From: Vitrella brassicaformis CCMP3155
Taxonomy: Eukaryota; Protista; Chromerida
Reading direction: 5' to 3'
Length of the DNA: 64,000 nucleotides
NCBI GenBank assembly: GCA_001179505.1
Contig: CDMY01000499.1
Coordinates: forward strand, 296,939-360,938
Position numbers and translations under genes: made by a program
Shown: positions 1 through 13,150 of the stretch, piece after piece
Numbering within the stretch: the stretch's first letter is position 1
Layout of the letters: every line of letters begins with the position of its first letter
Notes under the pieces: generated by a model
What the model was told of the DNA's origin: nothing
The model's input: only the letters and a program-made list of their open reading frames with translations
The model's database searches: none

Positions 1-1353
<1,353 letters not shown>

Positions 1354-1410
1354 TGATCCCTGTTCCTGCCTACCAACGTCACACGCGACAGAATCTGAGC
1401 GGTCTTTGCA

Positions 1411-1431
1411 AGCTCGCAAAAAGTGCGAGCT
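1411..1431. promoter_or_regulatory. Perfect inverted repeat AGCTCGCA-AAAAG-TGCGAGCT in the eRF1/CASC3 head-to-head intergenic region; candidate cis-element
   Basis: 8-bp arms at 1411-1418 and 1424-1431 read directly. The same octamer recurs near many other start codons (see findings). Confidence 0.5.
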
Positions 1432-1696
1432 CCTGCGTTTGAGCAAGAAGGGAAGAAGCGGTGCCGAGGGAATGTTGTGAGCGCATCGGGCTTGTTTGAA
1501 GGGCAGCTGCCATCTACAGGCGAAAGGTGAGCCGAGACGCACTCTGTCAGCGCAGTGGTACAAAAGGTGTCAGCGAGGCAGCCAGGAGAGGCCGTGGGAA
1601 GGCAGCACAGGATGGGTGCGCCGCTCGCTGCACCAATGATGTCTCGACGAGTGTGTTCCTCTCACTCATGGCCGTCAGATCTGTCCTGCTGTGACG

Positions 1697-3870
1697 ATGG
1701 GTTCTCGCCGCCGTCGCGTTGCGCATGGGGAGGGAGGGGACGATGACGACGACAAGGACGCTTTCGAAGACGACGCTCAGTCAGAAGGTACCTCTGACAG
1801 ACAGACCAGGCAGCAAGCGACGTGCGGCGAGGAGGACCATGTGCGCCTGTCTGTGAGTCCGTTCGTGTGTGCAGCTAGCGCCCTGTCTGACCTGGAGACC
1901 AAGCCAGCCGCTGCTGCAGCGGCTGCAGCAGCAGCTCAGCCTGACGGAGCAGCACAGCAAGGTCAGTCACCACCCACCGCACGGCATCCACTCATTCCGA
2001 GACGTGTCGTGTGTGTGTGTGTGTGTGTGAGGTTCTCCCTCCTCGGCCCTCCCGAACGGCGAGGTGGCGCATGGCGACGATGACAACGACAAGGGCGGCA
2101 AACGATGGTCCGACCACGAGCAGGAGCAGCAGCAGGACGGGGGAGACGTCAAGACAAAGGAAGGCGACACCATCAACGGCGACGAGGGCGCCGGCTCTCC
2201 TGCTGCCGCTGCCGCGGCTGCTGCTGCTGACACGGCGGAGGCTGGCCGGGCGGAGGAGGCCAAACCCGAGAAGGTGAGGGACTTGTGATTTGTGCGGACG
2301 TGTCGGCGTGCGTGTGAGGCAATGGTGGGTTGTGTGGTTTGTGTGTGTTGATTGCGGCTCAGGAGGTGATAGACAAGAACGACCCGACGTACGTGCCACG
2401 AGCTGCGCGGTATTTTTTGCACGACGATCGGATGGAGGATGGCGCGGGTGAGGGAGGCGACAAGGCGCAGAGGGCGCAGCGAGATACGTAAGCAACCCGA
2501 CCCACCCGACACACACCACCACCACAGGCGGACAGACAGCTGGACGTATGCACTCCCCTTGCTTCGTTTCGCGCGCTCTGCAGTCGTTTCCGTCGTCGCG
2601 ACCCGTTTGCGTCTATGGAGAAGAAGTGGGTCCACGACAAGTTCTACGAAATGGAAGAGGACATTGCACGAAGGGGAGGTACGCAACATCACATTGAAAT
2701 AACCCTGTCTCGTCTCAACACATACATGCGCTCCATCCCTATTCCACCCATCCATTAATGGGTCAGCTCGTGGCTACGGCCGTCCTCGTGGCCGTGGCGG
2801 TCCCCCCCGCGGCCGCCTGTCGCCCTTCAACAGCCCCGGGGGGCGCCCCCGCGGCTCAGGCATCATCTACCTCTCCAAGGGCAGGGCGTCGGGCGGCATG
2901 GGCGGACCCCCCGAGCGGCCCCCATACATGTCCCATCCGCACCACCAGGAGGAGGAGCCCTACATGCAGGACGACGACCAGTGGGAGGCCTCAGGCGCCC
3001 CGCCGCCCAGGGGCAGGGGCAGAGGGCCCCGTGCTCGGCCGTTCGGGCAGGAGTGGCGCGGCGGCGAGTGGCGTGGCGGCCGGGGGGGCGGTATGCGGGG
3101 TGGTCGTGGTGGCGGGGTGGGTGGGGGCTACGGCCAGGGGGGAGGGGGGATGATGCACGGCGACGAGAACTACGAGTCGCCACGACAAAGGTACCTGCCG
3201 ACCTGGGACACAGCCAGCAGCGGAATGTATGTGATCGGTCTGCGGCCTCCATATGTGTGTGTGTGCAGTGGTGGGTATGGCGGTGGTGGCGGGAGTGGGT
3301 GGGCGCCCGCTCCCAGGGGACGTGGCTCACCCATGAGGGGCGGACGCGGAGGTCAGAAACACGACACACATACGCGCTGCACCAACCCACAGATTCATCA
3401 ACCACTGTGATGTGTCTCCCCCCGGTCGTTGATGCGGTGCATTCTCGTTCAGGTTATGGCGGTCGTGGCCGCGGCTATCAGAACGAGCACGACGACCGCG
3501 ACAGGTAGGACACGACGGACAGCGTAGCGTCTCACAAGGACGTCACGTACACAGAGGAACGCGCTCATTCCGCCTGCGTGTGTATTGTATTGTGTTGGCC
3601 TGACCAGGTACCCCCAGCAGGGCGACTGGTCCGACTCGGCCGGATACGACCAGCGACACCAGCAACAAGTAAGTCCGCCCGCCACACACGACACGGCACG
3701 GGATAGGAGAGAGATGTATCCGTCCGTGAGAGTCCCATGTATGTATGTGATTGTGTGTGGCTGCGCTGTGTCCGTCGTGTGTGCAGGATTGGGGCATGCA
3801 GGGCGGCCGTCGGGGCGGCAGGGGCGGCGGGCGAACCATGAGATACTCAGAGATGGCATACGACGGCTGA
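1697..3870 (+). CDS. CASC3: CASC3/Barentsz/MLN51-like exon junction complex protein (Btz domain, RGG-rich tail)
   Basis: Exons encode KNDPTYVPRAARYFLHDDR and KKWVHDKFYE, the two conserved blocks of the Btz/SELOR domain. Acidic N-terminus, RGG-rich C-terminus ending ...RTMRYSEMAYDG*. TGA at 3868-3870. Confidence 0.8.
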
Positions 3871-5259
3871 CAAGACAGTGAGACGGAGAGGGGGAGGGGG
3901 CCCTGACAAACAAGACCCATCACCATCACATCAGTCAGTATCGTTCCTCGGCTGCCTGCGTGTGTTTTAAGGGAGGATGGAAGTGACTGTGTGGGTGAGC
4001 GGGAAGAGGTCTGCCTAGCGGGGAGGGGGGGAGGGAGGGAGGGGAGGTGCGTGTGTGATGGTGTGTGTACCATGAATGATCCGTTCATCACACTAATCAA
4101 TCGGTAGACGAGTCTTTTCTTCCTTCCCCCGGCAGCCACCCTCAGTGTCCTCTCTCTCTCCTTCAATTTTCCCATACTGATGGGATCGCTGTCGTTCGTT
4201 TTGGGTCATGATGTGCTGTGTGTCCTGTCGCCGTGTGATGGAGCCGTGGTTTGGCCCCCAGCAATCATCGAACGGTTGCTTCGGGGTGGGCTGCGGACCT
4301 TCACAAGTGACTGACGCACCAACAAATGGACCGAATGGATGAGCGGATGGATGGGCTCGTGGCTGCGTGACGCGATGACCTAGCTGTCGCCCCACATATC
4401 ACATCACATCAGTGGGAGGAAGAGGACAACACTAACTCTTTTTGGTTCGTACGATGCACACACACTCACACGTCGAGAGGGAAGACAGCCGTCTGGATGG
4501 ATCAATTAGGGTCGTGTGCCGTCCGTTCCCTCCCTCCCTCCCTCCGGTGCCGTGTGTTGTGTGTGTCGTGTCCTTGCGTTGCTAGGAGCATGGTGATGAC
4601 TCAAGATGGCTGGATGGATGGCTGGATGGATGGACACACTCATGTGTTGAGAAGAGAGAGACAGAGACGACGACATCAGCCAATCGATGCGGCGCGTGTA
4701 TGCCACGTCATACGAGCGCCATATGCATTGGAGGGTGGCGTCGATACTGTCTCTTTCTTCCTCCTGTGAGTGAGAATGAGTGCTGACTGCTGACCCTTGA
4801 TTGCTCAACAGCTGACTGACACCTTTGAGCGCCCTCATTTAAAGGAGGACTCTTCTTCGGTGGGCGCGCCGCATGCGAGTTGCCTCTGCTGCACAATTGG
4901 GGTCGTGGCGGGCGCTGGGTGGGATCACTGACGTCCGCCGTGAAGGACACGAGGTGCAATCGTGACGAACCTCTACACTGCCATTTTTCCGTCAGCCGGC
5001 GCTGGCCGACAGAGATCTCACCCTGGCCAAATCGTCCCAGCTCGGATGCAGTTGATGGCACTACCTTAGCCTGAATTTCTCGGCAGGAGACGGAGACGGT
5101 CCACACTTTAAAATTTGCGTTGGCAAAAACTCTTTGCCGGGTGTCTGAAGAATCCGCAATGCCACCTGCTTCGCGGCCTCTGCCTCTGTACCATCGCAGC
5201 CACCGTCACATCTATCTCAACCCAGGCCCTGTCCGCCTCACTCCATCGCACCACCCCGT

Positions 5260-6441
5260 TTGCCCCATCATCCACCTCCCGCCCCGCATTATCTGATTGC
5301 CCCACCACCCAATAATCAGGAGGACTATCCAAAGGAAGTACCGGTGTGGCAGGCGGGGGAGGGGACAGACGGCTGGTACGAGAACCTTTGGACGGGGGAG
5401 GCCGAGTATTGGGAAAGGGTGGACCCTTTGTGGTGGGAGGTGCATAGTGAGAAGGAGGGCCCCTGCTGGTGGTTCAGTGCGGCTGCCGCCAGATGTCGCC
5501 TCGCATGTCAGGAGGCCGCAGAGTCTATCAAGGCCGCCTGTGACGAGGCCAAAGAGTGCATCAAGGAGATCCCATAAGAATTACACATTCTCGGTATTTC
5601 TTGGAGGAGGAAGGAGGGCGGGCGATAGTTGTGATTGTGTGCATGGCGTTTCTCCCTCTCAGATTGACCCGACGGGCTGCGGGGAGGCTGGCGTGGAGAA
5701 GTTGGCTGATGGTGCAGAGCTGTGGTGCTGGCCAATGTGAGAAGGGCATCTGCGAGGGTGAGTGAATTTGCCATGATGTATCCCATCGATCGACCCATCC
5801 GACACGCACAAACGCAATACGGTGCGCTGGCCAGACATGTGCGTCCATCGTTTGTGCGCATCCGTCTCTCCCTTGTGCAGATCATCGGACGGGCGATCCT
5901 TCAAGCCATCGTGGCCATCGGGGGCCGACCTCGATTACAAACCACCCTACGGACAGCTTTTCCCCAAATGGAGGGCGTGGACGGTGGGCCACTTCGTGTG
6001 GCCATTCTTCATTATACAGCGTTTCCAGTATGTGTGCAGATCGTTCACAGGGACATGAAGATGTTGAATGTCCTGTATGAGGCCACTGAGGCCGCCGACG
6101 GCAAGGTCAAGGTCATCGACTTTGACCCTGCACACCTCGAGGACCTGCCCCACCAACCCTTTGAAGAACATCTTCGTCGGCACACCAACCTTCATCGTAG
6201 AGTACTCACACGCACACGATGGGAACCCATAAACGCAATCACTGTTTCTGGTGCATTCATGCAGTCGCCTGAGACGTTCAGATTCGTGTACTCGGAACAG
6301 ACAGACCTCTGGCAGTGCGGCGTCATAATGTAGGCACACACACACATAGACCCCCACCACACACACATTTCTCCACTTGTTGTGTGTTCCTTGAGCATCA
6401 ACTAACACATGCACACACCTACACACGGAATGAAACGATGC

Positions 6442-6475
<34 letters not shown>

Positions 6476-7163
6476 GCCGCAGCGGGGCGAATGCGACGAA
6501 GAGAACCACAACATGCTGGTCCAACACCTGGCGCACGTACACAAGGCAAGCACACAACAACTTGTGCGCCAAAAACTTTGCAAGTCTCTCTGTGTTGTTC
6601 GGTGCAGGGCCCGCACTTTCCCCCCGAAGCATTGGAGCGCTTCCCGGAGGCGTGTGACCTCCTTCGCACCTTGCTGACAGTGGTTCCGGACCGCAGATGC
6701 AAATCTGGTATGTCCACACAGATGGTCCCATTCTTATACATATACGCATATCCTGTGTCTGTTTGTGTTGGTATGTCTGTCAGCACAACACGCACTGAAG
6801 CACAAGTGGTTCACCGGTCCATGGCGGTGCAGAATTGCGCACGATTACGAGGTGAGCGATGAAGGCAACAGCCAAGGGAGGGCGGGACTTTGCGCGTGTG
6901 CAGGACCCCAATGGCTCACCGAACATGCCGAGAGTCAAGGAGGGCGATGTGGTGCTGGTATTGCGAAGTGAACGACTCGGCTGGTCGATCGGGCGCAAGC
7001 TCATCGACGGCAGAGACATCCCCGACGAGCCCACAGGTACATACGCCTGTGTGCATGGTAGAAGGCAGAGAGGGAGAGACCTTGGCCACGTGTGTATGTT
7101 GTGTGTGTGTGTTGGCTGACAGGACACTTTCCAACGGGCACCATCGAGAACCCTCCCCTGTGA
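5260..7163 (+). pseudogene. Ser/Thr kinase-like locus with N-terminal WW-like and C-terminal SH3-like modules; apparently frameshifted
   Basis: IVHRDMKMLNVL, VKVIDFD, SPE..YSEQTDLWQCGVIM, CDLLRTLLTVVPDRR and ALKHKWF give a kinase C-lobe. The spliced tail IAHDYE..VKEGDVVLVLRSERLGWSIG..GHFP is SH3-like. The 5' ORF has no in-frame ATG and stops at 5575-5577; the Gly-loop-like NYTFSVFLGGG lies in another frame. Confidence 0.7.
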
Positions 7164-8215
7164 CGGTATGACCACCGCCAAGACCTCGTGCAGCTGTGGT
7201 TAGTACGTACTATCGACGCGGGGCACACCGGCACGGCTGAGATACTGTGCTGTGGTTTATGCCATGTAGAGAGGAGCGAGGGGAGGGGAGAGGCAAGAGA
7301 GGCACCGATTGGCTGCTGCGAATCGCTGCTCACATTTTATATCCGTCGTACGTGATTCACCGACTCATGCGTTCGTGCGGATTGTGTGAGAGACACGGCT
7401 TGGCGTCTGTTGGCTGTCTGTCCGTCTGTCTGTCTGTCTGTCCGGCTGTGGCAAGTCATTCCTCGGGAGTGCGTGCCTTTTATCGGTGTTGACTTCCCTT
7501 CGGGGAGGCTCGCCTTTATCGGCGATACCGATTCCTACGGGGGCTCCGCTCGTACTGTGTGCAGATGTGTGTATTAATCGCTGTCTCCATTTTATATCTG
7601 AGTGGCTGGTGTTCTCACATCCGTGTCATTGGGTGAGACAGATACTCACAGCGGCGCAGCGAGGCCGAAGGAATACATGTTGGCAAGTGGTGGCGGCCTT
7701 GCAACGTCCAGCCCTCATCGACGTGGCCACATCTCGTGTGCCGATGTGCTCATTTGCTTCGCTTCTCTGCCTTGCTGGCCACTTCCGGTACTCTTACTTG
7801 TTGTCTGGTCTGCAGCTGGGTATTGACTGAGTGGTACACTTACGTGCCTTTGTATGCTGGTGCGAAGATGGATGAACCATTCGTTACAATGAAGGATGAG
7901 TCCGCCCGTCCGTCCACCCGGCCCATACACCATGGACAAACAAATCAGTACACATACAGTCTCATGTATGTCATTCCATCGTACACGTTCGCTGATTATG
8001 CACACCAATGGCCAACAGTTACACATCGGCGAAATAGGGAAAACCGTCATACTATGACAGCAGACCGTCTCTCACCCTGTCTCGTCTGTCTGAGCTCATA
8101 TACACACACACGTCGGTATACACGTGTCGCCACGACAGAAAAATGAGCAGCAATGGCGGCAGTCGGTTCGTGAATGCCCTCCCCTGCCCTGTTCTCCCTC
8201 CCATTGGCTGGCTGG

Positions 8216-9590
8216 TCATCCCTCCTGCAGGCTGACTTGGCTGCCGTGGAAGGCATAGAGGCCGCCATTAGTGAGGCCGCTGTTGTCCGCCGCACCGCTG
8301 CAGATGAAAGCTGCAATGTCCTCGAGCTTCGTCCACCTACCATACCAGGGAGAGGACAGAGAGGCATGACACACACACACGCGTCAACCGTTGTGCGCGT
8401 GGCGTGCGAGGCTTACGTGGATTGGTCGGCATCTGGCATAGCTACCCTGTTGGCCTCCGTGTCGATGATCGTTGGGAGAATGCCGACCGTCTTCGACCCT
8501 GGTGGGTGAAGGAGGAGAGGGATGCCAATCAATCAGTGATTGATTGACGTGGCCTGCCAGGCCCAAATACCTTCTGGCATCCCGCTGCCCTCTGACGCGA
8601 GGGACTTGACCAGATGGTGAACGAGCGCCTTAGACGCCTGCATGCCACACATACCGATCAATGCTTCACGCGATGGGTCAGTCAGTGGTGTGTGGGTGTG
8701 TGAGTGGTAATGGTCTGACCCCATACGAGATGGTCTGCGGCGTCGGGTTGAGGGCCGCGGCAGCGCCAGGCAGAAACAAGGTGCCAAAGGGCTGCACACA
8801 CCTCACAAAGGAGTCGTTCTAAGCTGCCCATCTGTCGGCCAGCTCGGCTCTCGTTCACCTTGAGGTGTCGTTGTGCAATGACGGCACTGACGAGCGATGG
8901 ACCAACGGATGAATGGATCATCCTCGCCGCGTCATCTGCACACGAACACACCATCATCCATGCCTTGTTGGCTTCTTGTCGTCCCGCTTCAACCCCGCTC
9001 ACCGAGGAACGTTGCACTCTTGAGGTTCCCCATCGCAAAGCCCCCACTCATACAGACGATGGCGTCCAGCGGCACCCCTCGGTTGCCCAAGTACGCCTGC
9101 ACCTTCATAGAACGGCCAGCCACAGCCCACAGGCACACACGATGATTGGTTGGAGGCATCATATCATAATGGCGCCTGCCTGCCTGCCTACGTGGCACAT
9201 AAGCTAGCCTACCTGCAGGCCCTTCTGCAGCTGCTGGCCCTGCTCCATCAAAGTGGCGCTCTCCATGTGGACGAAAGTGTCGGGGCCTTCGCCTGACAGC
9301 GAATGAGCATATCCACTCATCTGTCCATCTGTCCATCTGTTTGTCGTCATCTCGGTGCATCTGCCCACTGACTGACATTTGGCGAGGTCACATCCGATGA
9401 CCGCCCAGCCTTTCAAGCGAAATGCCGACACCAAATGACGGCCAACACCGCCGCAACTGAATGAAAGAAAGAGCGTGCACGCAGAGAGGAGTCAGTGAAT
9501 GGCCAGCGGGACAATCGACAGGGATGCCAAGGGTCTGCAGGTGTCATCTGCTTACCAGCCGTAGATGAGCACAGACAGCTTCGATGTCAT
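8216..9590 (-). CDS. QDPR: Dihydropteridine reductase (SDR family)
   Basis: Spliced model: MTSKLSVLIYGCCGGVGRHLVSAFRLKGWAVIGCD...LDAIVCMSGGFAMGNLKS...ASKALVHHLVKSLASEGSGMPEG-SKTVGILPTIIDTEANRVAMPDADQSTWTKLE. This matches DHPR blocks (DAILCVAGGWAGGN; KGAVHQLCQSLA...SGMP; [23 protein letters not shown]). Confidence 0.9.
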
Positions 9591-9919
9591 TGATGCAGGC
9601 CAGGCCTCCCGGACAGACAACCAGGGCGGGAAACCTGTGATGGATCTCAGTTACTCAAGATGACGCCAAGCAACCAGGCAACCTCCTCTGACGGCTCAAC
9701 GCCCTGAGGCAACCGAAGGGAGATCTGTGCGAGCTTATACCTGATCGCTCACCCGCTGCCCTTTTCCCACTTTCCGCTCGGCAGGGCGAAGCACACGGAG
9801 GTGAGGAAAGCTATTCCTGAGAGATCTTGTCGGAACGAGAAGCGGTTGCCTTCCGTGTGGTGCAGACTTGTGAATGGACTGCTCTGCTATGTGCAAGTGA
9901 GGCCGAAAGGAGTGCTGCA

Positions 9920-10082
9920 GGTGAGTAGAGCATGTCGTCCACGACAGCCACCACCCATAAGCCGCTCTCGTCGTGTGTGAAGATGCATGGCTCGACGCTG
10001 CTCTGTGTGAATCCGATGCTGCTCAGGTAGTCCACCAGAGTCACGTGCCAGGCCCTGGGTGCTTCCTTGAGACGTTTGGGCT
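9920..10082 (-). mobile_element. Ty1/copia reverse transcriptase remnant
   Basis: RLKEAPRAWHVTLVDYLSSIGFTQSSVEPCIFTHDESGLWVVAVVDDML matches the RVT_2 core (GLKQAPRAW...GF..S..DPC.F...YVDD), with YVDD degenerated to VVDD. Confidence 0.85.
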
Positions 10083-10124
10083 GTACCCGGCTGCGGCGGC
10101 AGTGTCGGCGGCGGCGTTGCAGCC

Positions 10125-11682
10125 ATGGATGAGATGCGAAAGCAGCTGGCCGACTTGATGGGCACCATCGTCGACGATAGCCAGGGAGGGAAGAAGAAGC
10201 GCTTTGACGATGACGACGTCTGCAAGAACTACCTGTGCGGCATCTGCCCAAAAGACCTTCTCAGACATACGGTATGGTACCAAGCAACAGACCAGATCTG
10301 CACACTTTGCCCCGTCTCGGAACCACTGCTTCCTTCCTTCGTGTGTGTGTGTGGGCAGCGGCTGACAATGGGCGACTGCGGCTTGGTCCACTCCGATGCA
10401 CTTAAGGCCGAGTGAGCAAGCTAAGCCCATACATTCCTAGGTCCTGTTGATGCATCCGATGCAATGTGCCCAAAAGGTACGAGTCGCGTCGGCGGAAGCA
10501 GCGCTACGGTTACGAGGAGGATCTGCTGGCCGACTTGGACAAGCTGCTGGCCGAGTGTGACCGCAAGATCGCCAAGGCCCAGCAGCGGGTGGAGGACGAC
10601 GAACGCGACTTCGACAACAGACTGCGCGAGGCCGAGGGCGATGAGGACGTCAAGCGCCTCAACAACATCATCGAAGCTAGGATGAAAGAGGTCAGGCAGA
10701 CACACACAGACAGAGCACGGCGTAGCGGAGTGTGTGTGTGTGTGTGTCTCTGTGTCTGTGTGTCTGTGGTGTGTCAGGCAGAGGATTTGGGTGCGTCGGG
10801 TGACGTAGGCGGGTCGATGAAGGCGATGCAGGAGGTGTCGGTTCTCGAGTCCCAGAAGAAGGACCTCATCATCAACAAAGCCGTACACAAGATGAAGACA
10901 TCAGCCGACGGAAGTCAGTGAGCCACACGACAACCAAGACATTTCTGTGTGCCTATGTTTGCCTGTGTTGGTGTGGTTTGCAATAATCAGGCTCAGCCCA
11001 GGCGCAGTACGTGGCGGCGCTCCGGAGTCAGGAGAGGATGCGCATGACGGTGTGCGACGTCTGCGGGGCATACCTCAACGCCAACAACAGAGAGGGTAGG
11101 GGACACGGGCAGCCAGCCACACAGGGTGTGTGTCGGCTCACTCCTCTCTCTCTGTGTGTGTGTGTGCAGGCGACGAGAAGCGTGCCAGCGACCATCGGTC
11201 GGGCAAGATCCACATCGCCTTCCTCCAGATGCGCGAGAAAGCCAAAGAAATAAAGGTAGGTCAGCCACAAGCCCACACCCACACCCAAGTCCACACCCAG
11301 TTCATGTTTCGTTCCTCAGAAGTGGCTGGCCGACGACGCGCCGACCGAGTGGGCCCCCACCGCCTCCCCCCCCCCTGACGCCGACCGTGGCTGGTCCAAG
11401 GACCGCTCTTCCAAGGACCGCTCCGCATCCTCGGCCAACGACCACAGGTGGCGCAGCAGAAGCAGGGACAGAGACAGAGACCGCGACAGAGATAGAGCCC
11501 GAGACCGCGACAGAGACCGAGAGCGAGACCGGTACGACTCACCCCGGGGGAGGAAATCGCGGCGGAGGGACGACAGCCGAGAGAGGGACCGGGAGAGGGA
11601 CAGAGATCGAGATCGGTCGAGGCGGGGCTATCGTGAGAGGGAGGAGTCGGGGGGCAGGGAGGGGAGGCGGTACAGGGACTGA
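10125..11682 (+). CDS. LUC7: LUC7-like U1 snRNP-associated splicing factor
   Basis: MDEMRKQLADLMG...FDDDDVCKNYLCGICPKDLL, CDRKIAKAQQR, MTVCDVCGAYL...DHRSGKIHIAF (two zinc fingers) and an RD/RE-rich tail. TGA at 11680-11682. Confidence 0.93.
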
Positions 11683-12700
11683 CTGAGTAAGTGACGGAAA
11701 GAGGGAGGGTGGGTGAGGAGCGAGAATGGGGATCGTGCGATGAGAACAGCAGAAGGGGCACAGAGAAGGCGGGATTGGGTGATCGTCTCTTGCTGCGTTT
11801 GGTGGCCGGGCCTTTGTAGAGTCGGCGCCATGTTGCCGGGAGCTGCCTTCGGCATCGCGTCAGGCAGTTCCAGCCACCATGGCGCACGCAACACAAAGGC
11901 CGGCGTGAAAACGCAAATGGATCAGAATGCTAACGTGTTGTTGCCGCTCCTCGGCGCTGTGTGTGAGGCGTGGGTTGTCGATCTCGAGGCTGGCGGCGCG
12001 GTCTGTCTTGCCGTCGTCATCCCCCGATGGCACACACAGCTCAGAGGGGATCACACATCTTCACCTATGTCGGCACGGTTGTCTGTGTCTGTCTGATGTG
12101 CTCAGACCAATTAAGGGAGTGTGTACGTCCCGTCCCCTCCGTGAATAACAACCTTCAATGACCCATGTCTGTCTGTCTGTCTGTATCCATGTATCCATGC
12201 CATGCAGCAGCTGCTGGTCTCGGTTCCGAGTCTGAAAAAGTTCTCTCACCTTACCACCTCGCCCATCCATACATATACTACCCCGAAGAGCCCCCAAGAC
12301 ACTTCATTCTCTCACTCAATCTTGATCTCACCCAACACACTAAACACACACACGCACGAACTACAGACACTCTGCCGGGCAATTCTTTCTCTCTCTCCCG
12401 GCCGGCACATGTGGCATACACAGAGAAATAAAGAGAGGATACACTCACGCCCCCTCCCCTCCCCTCCCCCGGGGCGATAGACGGACTAGGCGGCCAGTGC
12501 AGACAGAGTACGGACACACACGCACACGCACCATACCTCTAGGCACACGAACGACACGCAACACGCACATCTTGACCAAAAAGAAGGTGTGCTCATGAAG
12601 CACTTGCCAGCCCTCGCCAGGCTGCTGGTCACAACTTCGTCACACCCCAGCTCCCCTCAAGTCGTGGGCTGGCCATGGAGGGGTCTGTTCAGCTATCTGT

Positions 12701-12996
12701 CTATCCTCGCGCAGCAGCGGGGCCCTCCGACTGTCTGCCGCTGTCCTCGCCATCGCCCGAGCGTTGCTCCGACTCTCTATATGCCCTCCTGCGCCAGTAC
12801 TCACACTCAGCCTGGCAGGGAACACACAGATCACACACGGAGCAAACAGAGAGATAGAGGTGAGATAGAGAGAGTCTCCCTTGTCGGCACGGGGACCGTG
12901 GCGTACCTTGTATCGGCTGGCCTCCCTGCCCAGTTCCTCCCTCTCGCGAAGCAACTTCTTGATCAGCTGCTCTTGGAGGGCCACTCTCTTCCACAT
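12701..12996 (-). CDS. Small hypothetical coiled-coil protein (2 exons)
   Basis: MWKRVALQEQLIKKLLREREELGREASRYK|GTACG...CAG|AECEYWRRRAYRESEQ...ARG*. Canonical splice sites; divergent from the protease gene. No family recognised. Confidence 0.4.
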
Positions 12997-13150
12997 CAAT
13001 GACAAGACGCCGGCAAAACCCCAAACTCCAGAATGGGCGGCTTCGTCGCAGAAGAAAGAGGTTCGAGGGAATCAAACGGCAGAAAACGGCTTCGTACAAG
13101 TGAAGGTGTAAATGTAAACGGAATGTTTTTCGGCGTTTTTGGCGGCATAC

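Noticed and set aside
4240-5106. Minus-strand ORFs, including ELGRFGQGEI (resembling a kinase Gly loop)
   Set aside because: No other kinase motifs follow and no coherent spliced model could be built.
11713-12660. Exon-like minus-strand pieces and an in-frame TGA at 12640 (possible selenocysteine readthrough)
   Set aside because: No recognisable selenoprotein motif or SECIS, and a simpler two-exon model ends at 12701. The region is unresolved.
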